DNA of 64,000 bases from Mobula hypostoma (lineage: Eukaryota), in the NCBI RefSeq assembly GCF_963921235.1, contig NC_086097.1, positions 110,238,001-110,302,000 of the forward strand. The letters are read 5' to 3'. Below, one piece after another: positions 25,094 through 37,823 of this stretch; the stretch's first letter is position 1; every line of letters begins with the position of its first letter. Under the pieces are notes generated by a model. It was not told the DNA's origin and made no database searches. It saw nothing but the letters and a program-made list of their open reading frames with translations. A program made the position numbers and the translations under genes.

Positions 25094-25559
25094 GAAAGTG
25101 AGAAGTGATCTTGTAGAGGTGTATAAAGTGCTGAGGGAGGGGCATAGATGGAATGAATGAATTCAGTCTTTTTCCCAGGATTGTACTAGAGGGCATAGGT
25201 TTAAAGTGAGAGAGGAAAGATTTAATAGAAACTTCAGGAGCAATTTTTAAATAAAATATATGAAATGAGCTGCCACAGGAAGCAATTGAAACAGGTATAA
25301 TAACAACTTCCTAATGACAGTTGGACAGGTACCTATATAGGAAAAGTTTAGAAGGTTATAGGCCACATGCTGGCAAATGGGACTATCTTGGATGGGGAAT
25401 TGTGGTTGGGAAGGAGCAGATGCACCAAAAGATGGGCCATGCTGTCTAGCTCTGAATTCTGAACTCAGTGAATTCTGTATGGCATGATCTTTCAGGCTGG
25501 CACACAAAATAAAAGCTTTTAACTATATTTCAGTATACAAATCAATAGTATACCAGCAC

Positions 25560-26570
25560 CACTAGCATGAATTAAATATGGGTTTACAGACTGAAAACAG
25601 GAGGAGGAATAAATGTGTCCACATCAGGTTGTCAGACTGCTGTTAGTGGGGTACCAATGGCATTGGTGCATGGACCCCAGTTATACAAAATCTATGTTAT
25701 GATTTGGCTGAGGGCACCAAATTAAGATTTTGAAGGTTGCTGACAACATAAAACCGAGTGGGCATATGATCAGTAAAGAGGCTGCAAAGGCTGTTAGAAG
25801 TTTATAGACTGAATGTATATATCTAAACTTTACAATGTGGAAAACACGTTATCCATTTTGGTTGTAATGCTAGGAATATTTTATGGGAAATATAGATGAG
25901 AATTGGATGTCCTCATACACAAGTGTGAAAACATGCAGTTTCAGCAGACAATAAGGTGAACTGTATGTTTGCTTTCATTCCTTGTAGATTTGAGTACAAG
26001 AGAAAATATGTCTTAATTCAATTGTACAGGGCTTGGTGAGACTACACCTAGTGTACTGTGTATAACTTCCTGCCTTCAAACCTCAAAAAAGGCATAAAAT
26101 AAAAGTGTGGATCTTCACTGGACGCTTCTTTAGGTCAGTCATGTGGGAGCGATTGAGTAGGCTAACCTTCATTGTCTAGAGTTTAGAAGAATAAAAGGTG
26201 ACTTCATTGAAACTTGCAAACTTCCTAGAGGATTTGCCAGGGCAAATACTGGGAAAACCTGCTAGCAGAATCTAGAATGGCAGAGATGTTGGGACGGCGG
26301 TGGTCACAGTCTCAAAATCAGGCTTGAACCATCTTACACTGAAATGAGAGCTTCCTTCCCTCAGCAAAGTGGTGAATCGTTGGGTTCTCCACCCAAAGGG
26401 CTCTGCAGGCATATATTTCACAACATAATTTTCTTCATAGTGAAGGAATTGAGGACATGGGGATAGTCAGAAACATTGTGCTTATGATACAATATCAGCG
26501 ACAATCTTGTTGAATGGCTCAATGGTGTCGAATGACCTAGCACGGCTGCTGTTTCTGATGTTCTTTTGTT
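25560..26570 (+). mobile_element. Highly decayed CR1 3' half
   Basis: Remnants of SGVP..GP, K(V)AD(N), LVRLHLVYCV and KGDFIE. Confidence 0.6.
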
Positions 26571-26924
26571 GTCCTGAGATGGAGAGTCTATTGGAGAAAA
26601 AAATGTGATAGGGGATTGCTGATGTGCAATCTGTGAGGAGGAACCTATTGGATCTTGTATGAAGGTAAATCTCTACTGCCTAATAGTGTTGGAAATATGT
26701 AATGGAGTAATTAATACCAGGAATCTGTGCCATGACATCTGCAAATGGTAATTCATTATATGGAATCTATAGTAGGGATTATATGAAGGGGAATCTATGA
26801 TGGGTAATTTGGTATGAAACGTCTGTGATGCTAGTTCCACCATGGGGAGACTCAATGCAAAAGCTTTGGTTGGGAGCTTGTTATTTGGAGTATATATTAT
26901 TGTGTCTGTGGTCAAAGATTTGTA

Positions 26925-27251
26925 TTAGGGGAAGTCCAGAACGAGGGGCCACAGTTTGAGGATAGAGGGGAAGCCTTTTAGGACCGAGATTAGGAAAAAC
27001 TTCTTCACACAGAGAGTGGTGAATCTGTGGAATTCTCTGCCACAGGAAACAGTTGAGGCCAGTTCATTGGCTATATTTAAGAGGGAGTTAGATACGGCCC
27101 TTGTGGCTACGGGGGTCAGGGGGTATGGAGGGAAGGCTGGGGTAGGGTTCTGAGTTGGATGATCAGCCATGATCATAATAAATGGCGGTGCAGGCTCGAA
27201 GGGCCGAATGGCCTACTCCTGCACCTATTTTCTATGATTTTTTTCTATGTT
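26925..27251 (+). mobile_element. Young HER1/CR1 3' fragment with (TTTCTATG)n tail
   Basis: GKSRTRGHSLRIEGKPFRTEIRKNFFTQRVVNLWNSLP; near-identical pieces at 44190, 54758 and 38652. Confidence 0.9.
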
Positions 27252-30200
27252 TAGGCAATTGGGAGTGGCTTCTTTGCTCTAGAATTTGTGATGTGGTGTG
27301 AAAGTCTAGAAATTGAATTTATAAAATTGAATCATTGCTGTTGAGTGTGTTTAATGTCTGATGATGAAAAGGGAATGGGAACATGCCTTGGATAAGCAAT
27401 GATGCGAGATCTGAGAGATATTCGCCATGAGGTAGCCATATTTGAGAATTTGTGACCTAAGTCTGCGGAAGATTTCCATACTAGAGGTAATCATTGTGTG
27501 GGGGGTGTGGCGAAAAACAAAATGAAACTATGAATGTGATCTCCAGGGCTTTCAGGATGTTTGCTTATTTATAGAGATCTGCAGAGGTTGTGGTTTAATC
27601 CTTGCAACTAACTGCAAATTGGCAAAAGAGGTTTCAGTGGTTCCTATAGCGGTCAGTTTCAGTAAATTGGCTGAAGATGGTAATCTACTAAAAAGTTGCC
27701 AAAAAAAAGCTTGTAGACAAACTGCAGAAACAAAATATTTTAATAGATTAGCCATTGCTCTGCAAAATGGTGCCACAGCCTCAGAAAATGCTATGAAGGT
27801 AATTTAGTGATTATATTATCCCCTGAAATCAGAACAACTTCGTCTGTAATATAAATCTGCACTTGTGTATTTGCTGCTTTCTAAAATAAATTCAGTAAGT
27901 CTATTTTAAAATCTCCTCCATCAACTGCCCATCCCATGCAGCTTGCATCTTTAGTTTGCTGAGTGCTGGTATCCGGAGGCTGTGCTGCCAAGCTGCCAGT
28001 CTGCAGCGTCACACCTTACTGCCTTTAAAGATTGCCCTGCAGAGACAGAGGAAAATGGCAATTTTTACATGATGCAGTCTGGCAACCCCTGAGATTTAAA
28101 GTCAGAACTGGTGCCAAGGATTACCCTGGAGAATGAAAGATGGAAAGCAGAGGCCCACATTTCAGTGGAAAGTGTGAGCTCACTCTAACTTAATTTCAGG
28201 ATGATAAACAAGAGTGGCATAATTTTAAAATATTCAGCTTCGCTTTTAATTTTTATTTTAAATTTTTGATAACAAGTTGAGCAAATTTTTTGAGGCTTTT
28301 GCCAGAAATTGCAGTAGATTGTGAAATGTAAATGAGATGGTTATTACACCAATGTTCATCAAGCTGAGCTGGAAAGACTTCAATAGCCTGATGAATATGC
28401 ATGTGAATTTGTTAATTAAGTTAATTATTCTGCTGAAAATTCATTTGTCTTCCAAGGACATTTTCAAAATGATTTTAACATGCTTGTGCCATTAGTCATG
28501 CCTATGCTATTTAAAATCATCTTTGTCCACCCATGTAACTGCAACTTCACAAACATAGTAATGTATGAATTTTGTCTTTATTTTTGTAAATTTTTTACAA
28601 TTCACGAATATCTTTGCATTGTTACGTTCTTCTATGAATTTAGTGATGAATGTTTTCCTTTGTAACTGTTGCAAGTTCTCAGGGGTTATTGATTTTCACA
28701 ACAAAATAGGCCTTTGTCGCACAAGAATCACTAAAGCTTTGGCTTCAGTTTGCAGCAGATTAACTTCTGAGAATGCCAAAGGGGATCATTGTGTGCAGTG
28801 ACAAGCAACGCAATGCTAACGTCCCGCCCTGTGCAAGAAAAATTCAGCTCGAAGCCAACATTGGAAAAACTTGATCAAATAGCAATCTGCTTTGAACATC
28901 AAGTATTTTCTTTTGCAATGCTTGTCAATAAAAAACCTCTAAAATCAGTATTGCAGGTTCAGATATAATGACAAAGCTTGGATTTACCTATCTAATCCTA
29001 TTGAATAACGACCTTGTACAGCCCAGCATCCAATCCCCTAATGTGTTTTATGTCGAATTTTGTTAAATTTCTGTAACTTTCAAAAGGAAGCCAGCATTAA
29101 GGATCAGTGAGATATCTTGCCTTTATATCAAGCAGCTGGATGACTGAACAAGGAATCAAGGACTCAGATGGCATTCAGTCACAAATGAATGACACTGTCG
29201 GCAACAAAATATGATGTATGATTTTCTTTCAGCTTCCCAGTGACTGTCAGTGCAAAATTGCAGCACAGTAGGTTTTTTATCTCAGCCCTTTTCTCAATAT
29301 ATATTTCTTCTCTCCTCAGCTTGTACTACCTCTGCCTCCCACACACCCACCACTACTACCACCACCTTTAATGGAACATCATTCCCGTTCCAATTCATTT
29401 TCTCCCACATATTTTCGTTTTGTTTTGGCATCTTTAAATATCGCAGTGCAGAATAGGTGTTAGGCCAATGTCTCCCTCAATACGTGCTTTCCCAGTACGT
29501 CTAATTCGCCATATAAAGTTTATAACAGCCAAGGTCTGATTAGCAACAGCCAGGCTGCTCCTGGCTGCATTTCCTTATTTACAACCGGGTCTTGTTTGTT
29601 CCCCATCCCCCAAATAACTTGAATCTGCATAAACATGTTTATATTGTTTGGCAAGAAAACATATATCCAGAATAAGAATTATCTTTTGATTACAATTTCT
29701 TCAGAAGGAATAATAAACATATAGCTGATTCACAGTAATTATATTTTTGCCAGTTAATACAGAAATAACAAATAAAGTCATCAATATTCTGAATATGTTG
29801 AAAATTTTACATGAATTACCATATTTTTTTTAAAAGTGATGAATTCAGATAAATGTCTTGTTCCATTCTGCCAAATGTCTGAAAGCTATTCTGCTGATGT
29901 TGCCATCCAACTTGTCAAATCCGCACCACCACAGAGACGTTGATACTGTAAATTACTGTGCGTTTTTCATAGTAACCATCTCACAATGTTTTACAACCAT
30001 ACACATCCATGCCCAAAGCCAAGATCCCATGGGATCAGGGTAATTTGACAGATTAGATCAAAATTGGCTTAGAGGTAGGAGGCAGAGCGTGAGGGTCAAC
30101 TGTAGTTTTTGTGATTGAATTCTGTGACCAGCAGCATACCACGGGGATCAGTGCTGGGACCCTTGATGTTTGTTTATGTACATGAACAATTTGGATGTGA

Positions 30201-30398
30201 ATAAGGGAGATATTATTAGGAGGTCTGATAGTAGATAAAATGGGCAGATAGAATATAATATTGAAAAATGTTGGAGGTTTGATAAGACTAGGATATACAT
30301 TGTAAATGGTAAGATCCTAAGGAGTACTGAGAAACAGAGGGTCCTTGGTGTGCATGTCCGAGGATGCCCATAAAAAGCAGCACAGGAGGATAAGCACT

Positions 30399-30870
30399 TC
30401 ATAAACATGAGAAAGTCTGCATACACTGGAAATCCAAAGAAACACACACAAAATGCTGGGGGAACTCAGCAGGTCAGGCAGCATCTATGGAAATGAATAA
30501 TCAGTTGATGTTTCAGCCCAAGACCCTTCTTCAGGACTGAAAAAGAAGGGAGAAGATGCCTGACTAAAAGAGTGGGGGAGAGGAAGGTGGATAGCAAAAA
30601 GGTGATAGGTGAAACTGGGAGGTGGGAGAGGTAAAGGGCTAGAGAAGGTGGCCTCACTTTGGCACAAGAGGAGGCCATGGAACAGGAACGGAAATCAGAA
30701 TTAAAGTGATCGGCCACCAGGAAGTTCCGCTTTTGGTGAATGAGGCAGAGGTGCTCAATGAAGCAGACCCCCAATTTACGACAGATCTCACCAATGTCAA
30801 GGAAGCCGGATTGGGAGCACCGGACACAATAGATAACCCCAGTAGATTCACTGGTGAAGCGTTGTCTCAC
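30399..30870 (-). mobile_element. Penelope-like element 3' fragment: GIY-YIG endonuclease remnant and terminal repeat
   Basis: FTSESTGVIYCVRCSQSGFLDIGE..EHL..VADHFNS; tail shared with 41345, 48672 and 59347. Confidence 0.85.
30501..30540 (-). ncRNA. Degenerate minimal type-I hammerhead ribozyme in the Penelope terminal repeat
   Basis: TCAGTC-CTGAAGA-AGGGTCTTGGGCT-GAAAC-ATC-AACTGA: CUGANGA and GAAA cores, stem I TCAGT/ACTGA; stems II and III mutated. Confidence 0.6.
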
Positions 30871-31204
30871 TTGGATAAGGTGTTAAAATTGTATACTTGC
30901 CTTCATTGACCAGGGAATAGAATCTAAATGCAGGAAGGTTATGACACAACAATATAAAAAAAGTAGAATGTGCAGTACCAGTTGCCAAAATATAGAATGG
31001 ATCTGATTGCACTGGAGAGAGTGCAGAGGAAATTCACCAGGATGTTGCTTGAGAAGGAGAATTTAACTTTGAGGAGAGGCTAGATGTCTTTTTTTGTTCT
31101 TTTGTTTGAAGCAAAGGAGGCTTTTGGGGAAATCAATAGAAGGATACAAATTTATGAGGAGCATGAAGCAGAGGGGGAACAATTTTAAGATAGGAGATTG
31201 ATTA

Positions 31205-32845
31205 TAATCATATAACTAACAATTACAGCACGGAAACAGGCCATGTCGGCCCTTCTAGTTCATGCCAAACTCCTACTCTCACCTAGTCCCACTGACCTGC
31301 ACTCGGTCCATAACACTCCATTCCCTTCCTGTCCATATATCTATCCAATTTAACTTTAAACGACAACATCGAACCTGCCTCAACCACTTCTGCTGGAAGC
31401 TCGTTCCACACAGCCACAACTCTCTGAGTAAAGAAGTTCCCCCTCATGTTACCCCTAAACTTTTGCCCTTTAACTCTCATCTCATGTCCTCTTGTTTGAA
31501 TCTCCCCCACTCTCAATGGAAAAAGCCTATCCACGCCAACTCTGTTGATCCCCCTCATAATTTTAAACACCTCTATCAAGTCCCCTCTCAACCTTCTACG
31601 CTCCAAATATAAAGACCTAACTTGTTCAACGTTTCTCTGTAACTTAGGATCTGAAACCCAGGCAACATTTTAGTAAACCTCCTCTGTACTCTCTCAATTT
31701 TATCGACATCCTTCCTATAATTTGGCGACCAGACCTGTACACAATACTCCAAATTTGGCCTTACCAATGCCTTATACAATTTCAACATTACATCCCAACT
31801 CCTATACTCAATGCTCTGATTTATAAAGGCCAGCATACCAAAAGCTTTCTTCACCACCCTATCCACATGAGATTCCACCTTCAGGGAACTATGCACCATT
31901 ATTCCTAGATCCCTCTGTTCTACAGCATTCTTCAATGCCCTACCATTTACCATGTATGTCCTATTTTGATTAGTCCTACCAAGATGTAGCACCTCACATT
32001 TTTCAGCATTAAACTCCATCTGCCATCTTTCAGCCCACTCTTCCAACTGGCCTAAATCTCTCTGCAAGCTTTGAAAACCTACTTCGTTATCCACAACGCC
32101 GCCTACCTTAGTATCATCTGCATACTTACTCATCCAATTTACCACCCCATCATCCAGATCATTAATATATATGACAAACAACATTGGACCCAGTACAGAT
32201 CCCTGAGGCACACCGCTACACACCGTTCTCCAATCTGACAAACAGTTATCCACCACTACTCTCTGGCATCTCCCATCCAGCCACTGCTGAATCCATTTTA
32301 CTACTTCGATATTAATGCCTAACGATTGAACATTTCTATGTAACCTTCCGTGTGGAATCTTGTCAAAGGCCTTACTGAAGTCCATATAGACAACATCCAC
32401 TGCTTTACCTTCGTCAACTTTCCTAGTAACCTCATTAAAAAATTCAATAAGATCAAACATCACCTTTCACGCACAAATCCATGTTGACTGTTCCTAATCA
32501 GACCCTGTCTATCCAGATAATTATATATACCATCTCTAAGAATACTTTCCATCAATTTACCCACCACTGACGTCAACCTCACAGTCCGATAATTGCTATG
32601 TTTACTCTTAGAACCCTTTTTAAACAATGGAACCACATGAGCAATACGCCAATCCTCCGGCACCATCCCCATTTCTAATGACATTTGAAATATTTCTGTC
32701 AGAGCCCCTGCTATTTCCACACTAACTTCCCTCAAGGTCCTAGGGAATATCCTGTCACGACCCGGAGACTTATCCACTTTTATATTCTTTAAAAGCGCCA
32801 GTACTTCCTCTTCTTTAATCGTCATACTTTCCATAACCACCCTTC
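31205..32845 (-). mobile_element. Young CR1/HER1-type LINE, 5'-truncated
   Basis: Three long consecutive RT ORFs (32460-32840, 31588-32463, 31283-31606) with YADD, separated by two frameshifts. Confidence 0.95.
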
Positions 32846-33097
32846 TTGTTTCCTTTAACTTACTCTGGAATGCATTGCCTTGCGAGCATGATGTAGACTA
32901 TTTAAGAATTATATAGATAAACACTTGAAAGGCCATGCAGTAGAAGACCACAAAAATGAATTAGTATAGACAGACATTTTGTTTAACTCCAAAATATAAA
33001 ACTAATTGCAAGAAGAAGGCGAGAGCCCGGGATATAGTTCATGTGCACTTTGTTTTTACTTTAAGCAAGATGCGCACGTATCTCATGGTAGCATCAT

Positions 33098-34862
33098 ACC
33101 ATAAGACCATAAGACAAAGGAGCAGAAGTAGGCCATTCGGCCCATCGAGTCTGCTCCGCCATTTTATCATGAGCTGATCCATTTTATCCTATTTAGTCCC
33201 ACTGCCCCGCCTTCTCACCATAACCTTTGATGCCCTGGCTACTCAGATACCTATCAATCTCTGCCTTAAATACACCCAATGACTTGGCCTCCACTGCTGC
33301 CCATGGCAACAAATTCCATAGATTCACCACCCTCTGACTAAAAAAATTTTTTCGCATTTCTGTTCTGAAAGGGCGCCCTTCAATCCTGAAGTCATGCCCT
33401 CTCGTACTAGACTCCCTCATCATGGGAAACAACTTTGCCACATCCACTCTGTCCATGCCTTTTAACATTCAAAATGTTTCTATGAGGTCTCCCCTCATTC
33501 TTCTAAACTCCAAGGAATACAGTCCAAGAGCGGACAAACGTTCCTCATATGTCAACCCTCTCATTCCTGGAATCATTCTAGTGAATCTTCTCTGTACCCT
33601 CTCCAACGTCAGCACATCCTTTCTTAAATAAGGAGACCAAAACTGCCCACAGTACTCCAAGTGAGGTCTCACCAGCGCCTTATAGAGCCTCAACATCACA
33701 TCCCTGCTCCTATACTCTATTCCTCTAGAAATGAATGCCAACATTGCATTCGCCTTCTTCACTACTGACTCAACCTGGAGGTTAACTTTAAGGGAATCCT
33801 GTACGAGGACTCCCAAGTCCCGTTGCATCTCCGAACTTTGAATTCTTTCCCCATTTAAATAATAGTCTGCCCGTTTATTTTTTCTGCCAAAGTGCATAAC
33901 CATACACTCTCCAACATTGTACTTCATTTGCCACCTCTCTGCCCATTCTTCCAATCTATCCAAGTCTCTCTGCAGGTTCTCCGTTTCCTCAGCACTACCG
34001 GCCCCTCCACCTATCTTCGTATCATCAGCAAACTTAGCCACAAAGCCATCTATTCCATAATCCAAATCGTTGATGTACAATGTAAAAAGAAGCAGCCCCA
34101 ACACTGATCCCTGTGGAACACCACTGGTAACCGGCAGCCAACCAGAATAGGATCCCTTTATTCCCACTCTCTGTTTCCTGCCAATCAGCCAACGCTCTAT
34201 CCACATACGTAACTTTCCTGTAATTCCATGGGCTCTTATTTTGTTAAGCAGCCTCATGTGTGGCACCTTGTCAAAGGCCTTCTGAAAATCCAAATATACA
34301 ACATCCACTGCATCTCCCTTGTCTAGCCTACTGGTAATTTCCTCAAAAAATTGTAATAGGTTTGTCAGGCAGGATTTTCCTTTAAGGAATCCATGCTGAG
34401 TTCTGCCTATCTTGTCATATGCCTCCAGGTACTCTGTAACCTCATGCTTGACAATCGACTCCAACAACTTCCCAACCACCGACGTTAAGCTAACAGGTCT
34501 ATAATTTCCTTTTTGCTTCCTTGCCCCCTTCTTAAATAGCGGAGTGACATTTGCAATCTTCCAGTCTTCCGGAACCATGCCAGAATCTATCGACTTTTGA
34601 AAGATCATCGCTAATGCCTCCGCAATCTCCACAGCTACTTCCTTCAGAACACAAGGGTGCATTCCATCTGGTCCAGGAGATTTATCGACCTTTAGCCTAT
34701 TCAGCTTCCTGCGTACTTTCTCTGTCGTAAATGTGACTGCGCACACTTCTCTTCCCTGCCACCCTTGAGTGTCCGGTATACTGCTGTCTTCCTCAGTGAA
34801 GACTGATGCAAAATACTTGTTCAGTTCCTCTGCCATCTCCTCACCTCCCATTACAATTTCTC
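33098..34862 (-). mobile_element. Young CR1/HER1-type LINE inserted in the 3' LTR
   Basis: 471-aa RT ORF plus 91-aa continuation after one stop; (CTTATGGT)n tail; TSD CATCAT at 33092-33097 / 34863-34868. Confidence 0.95.
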
Positions 34863-35150
34863 CATCATGATGTACACAATTCATGTATTTTTACATAAAA
34901 CCCGTAATGAATCATTTAACCAAATAAAGAATGTTTACTTAAACAACATATTTACAATATTACTCAAATATTAGTGAAATATTAAATACACAACACTCCT
35001 CCCTGTTTAGCTATAAAGTCCAATTCAAAATATAGAATGCATTTCAACCAGATACACAGCATACTTTATAAGAATTCCACAGCAGGGTAAATTCTAAACT
35101 GTCCCATTCTGGACTAAAGATTTAATCACTGTGAAGGCTTTCTTACTCTT

Positions 35151-35821
35151 GCACAAAATCAGGCCCTTCAGCCCATCTATTCAATGCTGAACCATTTAAA
35201 CTGCCTAGTTCCATCAACCTGCACCCAGACCATATCCTTCCATACCTCTACCCTCCATGTTCCTGCCCAAACTTTTCTTAAAGGTTGAAATCAATTTGCA
35301 TTCACCACTTGCACTGGCAACAAGTTCCACACTCTCACCACCCACTGAGTGAAGAAGTTACCCCCGTGTTCCCCTTAAGCATTTCACCTTTCACCCTTAA
35401 CCCATGACCTCTAGTTGTAGTCTCACTCAAACCTCAGTGGAAAAATACCTGCTTGCATTTACCTTATCTGTACCCCTCATAGGTTTGTATACTTCTATCA
35501 AATCTCCTCTCAATCTTCTATGTTCTATGGAATAAAGTTCTAACCTATTCAACCTTTCCTTTTAACTCAGGTTCCCCAGTCCTGGCAACATCCTTGTAAA
35601 TTTTCTCTTTGCTGTTTCAATCTTATTTGCATCTTTCTTGTCGATAGGTGAGAAAACTGCACAAAATACTCCAAATTAGGGCTCACCCATGTCATATCCA
35701 ATTTCAACAGACCATCACAACTCCTGTACTCAGTACTTTGATCTATGAAGGCCAATGTGCCTAAAGTTTTCTTTAAGACCCTGTCTAACTGTGTTGCCAC
35801 TTCAATGAATTATGAACCTGT
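35151..35821 (-). mobile_element. CR1 3' fragment lacking its terminal microsatellite, inside the Mag-type element
   Basis: ATQLDRVLKKTLGTLAFIDQSTEYRS..VSPNLEYFVQF; tail cut at ..CCTGATTTTGTGC. Confidence 0.88.
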
Positions 35822-35824
35822 GTA

Positions 35825-36558
35825 CTTTGTCTAGTTTCTAGTGAGTATCTCTGAATTTGCTAATTTCTCGAGAAATTAGTGCTCATTTAATCTCTTCCAT
35901 TTCCATAGCACTTATGTCATCCTCATTTTTTTTCCTTTTTCCTCTTTCAAGTTTGTGCATCTTGATCTTGGGAAGGTGCGTCTCTTATTGGAGAATCTTT
36001 TATAAATGCTTCTATTTCTCCCTCTATGATCTCAGCTCTCCTCTAGGTTTCCTCATCCACAGCATCACCTGACAAATCCTCTGTTTTAGTATCTCCATTG
36101 ACTCCTTGCTTTTTGACCTTCCATTCACCCAGTTGGGCTTTGGTCTTTGCATCCGCTTTTACAAGCAACTTTCTGTCTCCTACTTGAAATTCATACAATA
36201 ACCTTAATGCACGCAGAATAGATTCTGGTCCTTTATACTCAAGAAAACCGAATGCTTGCAACTTTCCAGAAGCTATTTGAGGTCTCTTCCAACTTAAAAC
36301 CAAGCCACATTATACTGCCTGTTTAATATATCAGAATCTTTCTCAGATTTGTTGCCGATAAAACCTGTTTTTTTTCTCCAAAAATACTTTATTCAGAAGT
36401 ATTACAAAATAAAGTTATATACATATAAAAAAAAATTTGTTGACCCTGAGTCCTAAAAAACCTGTTGTAGTCAGATCACTGCTTTCGTCACTTTCACACT
36501 TGTTCTGAGCAGCGTGGTCCTTCCTTGGTCCAACCAGAGACACAGGTGGCACCAACAC
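35825..36558 (-). pseudogene. RBM25: Partial processed pseudogene of RNA-binding motif protein 25 (RRM region)
   Basis: VLVPPVSLVGPRKDH..TTTGF|IGNKSEKDSDIL..GLVLSWKR..ASGKLQAFGFLEYKGPESILRALRLL..KLLVKADAKTKAQL..DEET..APSQ..ISREISKFRDTH; collinear with the recalled vertebrate RBM25 sequence, no introns, with stops and frameshifts. Confidence 0.9.
36370..36456 (-). mobile_element. ~87-bp polyadenylated insert (L1/Tx1-like 3' end) within the RBM25 copy
   Basis: Minus strand AATAAA followed by an A-tail; TSD AAAACCTGTT at 36360-36369 / 36457-36466. Confidence 0.75.
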
Positions 36559-36609
36559 CTGTTTGTCCTCTGCTGGGCAACAATTTGTGGTGTTCAACAT
36601 GGAGATGGT

Positions 36610-37823
36610 TGTGACATCATCCAGTATCTTTATTAATTCACACTCAGTTGACTATTACAGGAGATGTGGCATGCAAATGGTGAATCAATTTGTAGTTGTC
36701 TCAGCCAATCACGCCCCCGCAATGCTAGCCCTCCTGCTTTTACCTCATACAAGGCTAATGTGCCATGTTGGTTGTTGTATTTCACTGTTACAAAAATAAT
36801 TCCCACAAGACTTATTATTTCTCCAGTAGAAGCTCATAATTGGGCATCTGCAGGTTTCAGTTTAGTGTGTTTGAAATGCCAGTCAAACTCATTTTGTGCA
36901 ATGACTGAAACAGCTGAGCCAGTGTTCAATTCCATTTTAATTAATTTGCCATTCACTTCTAGTGTAAGCTATATTGCTTGTCTAGTATTAGTTTTCACAT
37001 TGTAAATTTCAAAGCTATCCAGTTCTTTGTCATTGTCATCATTATCAGATCTTCCATCAACAGCTTGCAGAGTTATTTTTGAAACTGCCACTTGACTTTT
37101 ATTTTTTCCTCTTCCCTGTGCAATCTATTTATTTTTTCTGCCTGAAATAGTCTTCATATGTGTCCTACTTTGTTGCATTTTTTGCAAGTTTCAACTTTAA
37201 ATCTGCATTTGTTTGGTGTTTGTGAGCCCCTGCCACAACAGTGACGCAATTTGCTTGGCCAGGCCGAGTTCTGTTTAAACACTGCTATTTTTTTCATGTT
37301 CACTTTCATTGTCAATAATGTCTTTATATGTGTTTCCATTGATACAACTATTTCAACTACTCTTTTAAATGTGAGTTGTGTTTCAGTTAGGAGCCATTTT
37401 AGAATGATTTCTTGTAAGGTTACACAAACTAAATGATCTCTCAGTGTATCATTAAGTCCATCACTGAACTGACAATTCTCTGGCAAATTCTTCTATTCAG
37501 CCACCTACTCTGAAATAGAATCCGCTTCTTTTTGGTTCTGCTTAAGAAACCTAAAGCTATCTGCAATCAGCAATAGTTTCAGCTCCTAATGTTACTGTAT
37601 TACTTTCATGATATCAGCAAAACTCATTTTGTCTGGTTTGGTTGGAACAATCAAATTTCAAAGCAAACTGTAGGCTTTTAAACCCAAAATACTCAGCAAA
37701 ATTGTTACTTGTTTCTCATTGCCTTTTCCATTTGCTTTAAAATACTGCTCAATCCATTCAGTTTATTGTATCTAGTTATCTGTAGTGTAATCAAATGTGC
37801 CAGTCTTTCCAACGTAGCAGCCA
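36610..37823 (-). pseudogene. Degenerate gag-protease of the Mag-type element
   Basis: Gag and zinc-knuckle remnants (37154-37486), protease-site NTGS, GRDWL. Confidence 0.8.

Larger units (their letters stand above)
23590..25435 (+). mobile_element. Older CR1 fragment interrupted by the 24370-25093 insert
   Basis: FADDTKVGG; GLFPLER at ~24350 resumes as ..DLVEVYKVLR at ~25100. Confidence 0.75.
30000..31200 (+). mobile_element. Decayed CR1 interrupted by a Penelope fragment
   Basis: HGIRV..NWL, GSVLGPL and LERVQRKFTRML remnants either side of 30399-30870. Confidence 0.65.

Noticed and set aside
26570..26920. G/T/A-rich stretch with recurring GGAATCT
   Set aside because: No clear period or boundaries; cannot be assigned
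29233..29267. Possible 35-nt micro-exon (TTTCAG..GTAGGT)
   Set aside because: Not a multiple of 3, no recognisable peptide, and such sites occur by chance; needs RNA-seq
36043..36303. Functional RBM25 exon
   Set aside because: Flanking coding sequence is contiguous without introns, has stops, frameshifts and an insertion, and lies within an LTR element
36370..36456. Retained intron in the RBM25 copy
   Set aside because: No GT..AG ends; has AATAAA, an A-tail and a 10-bp TSD
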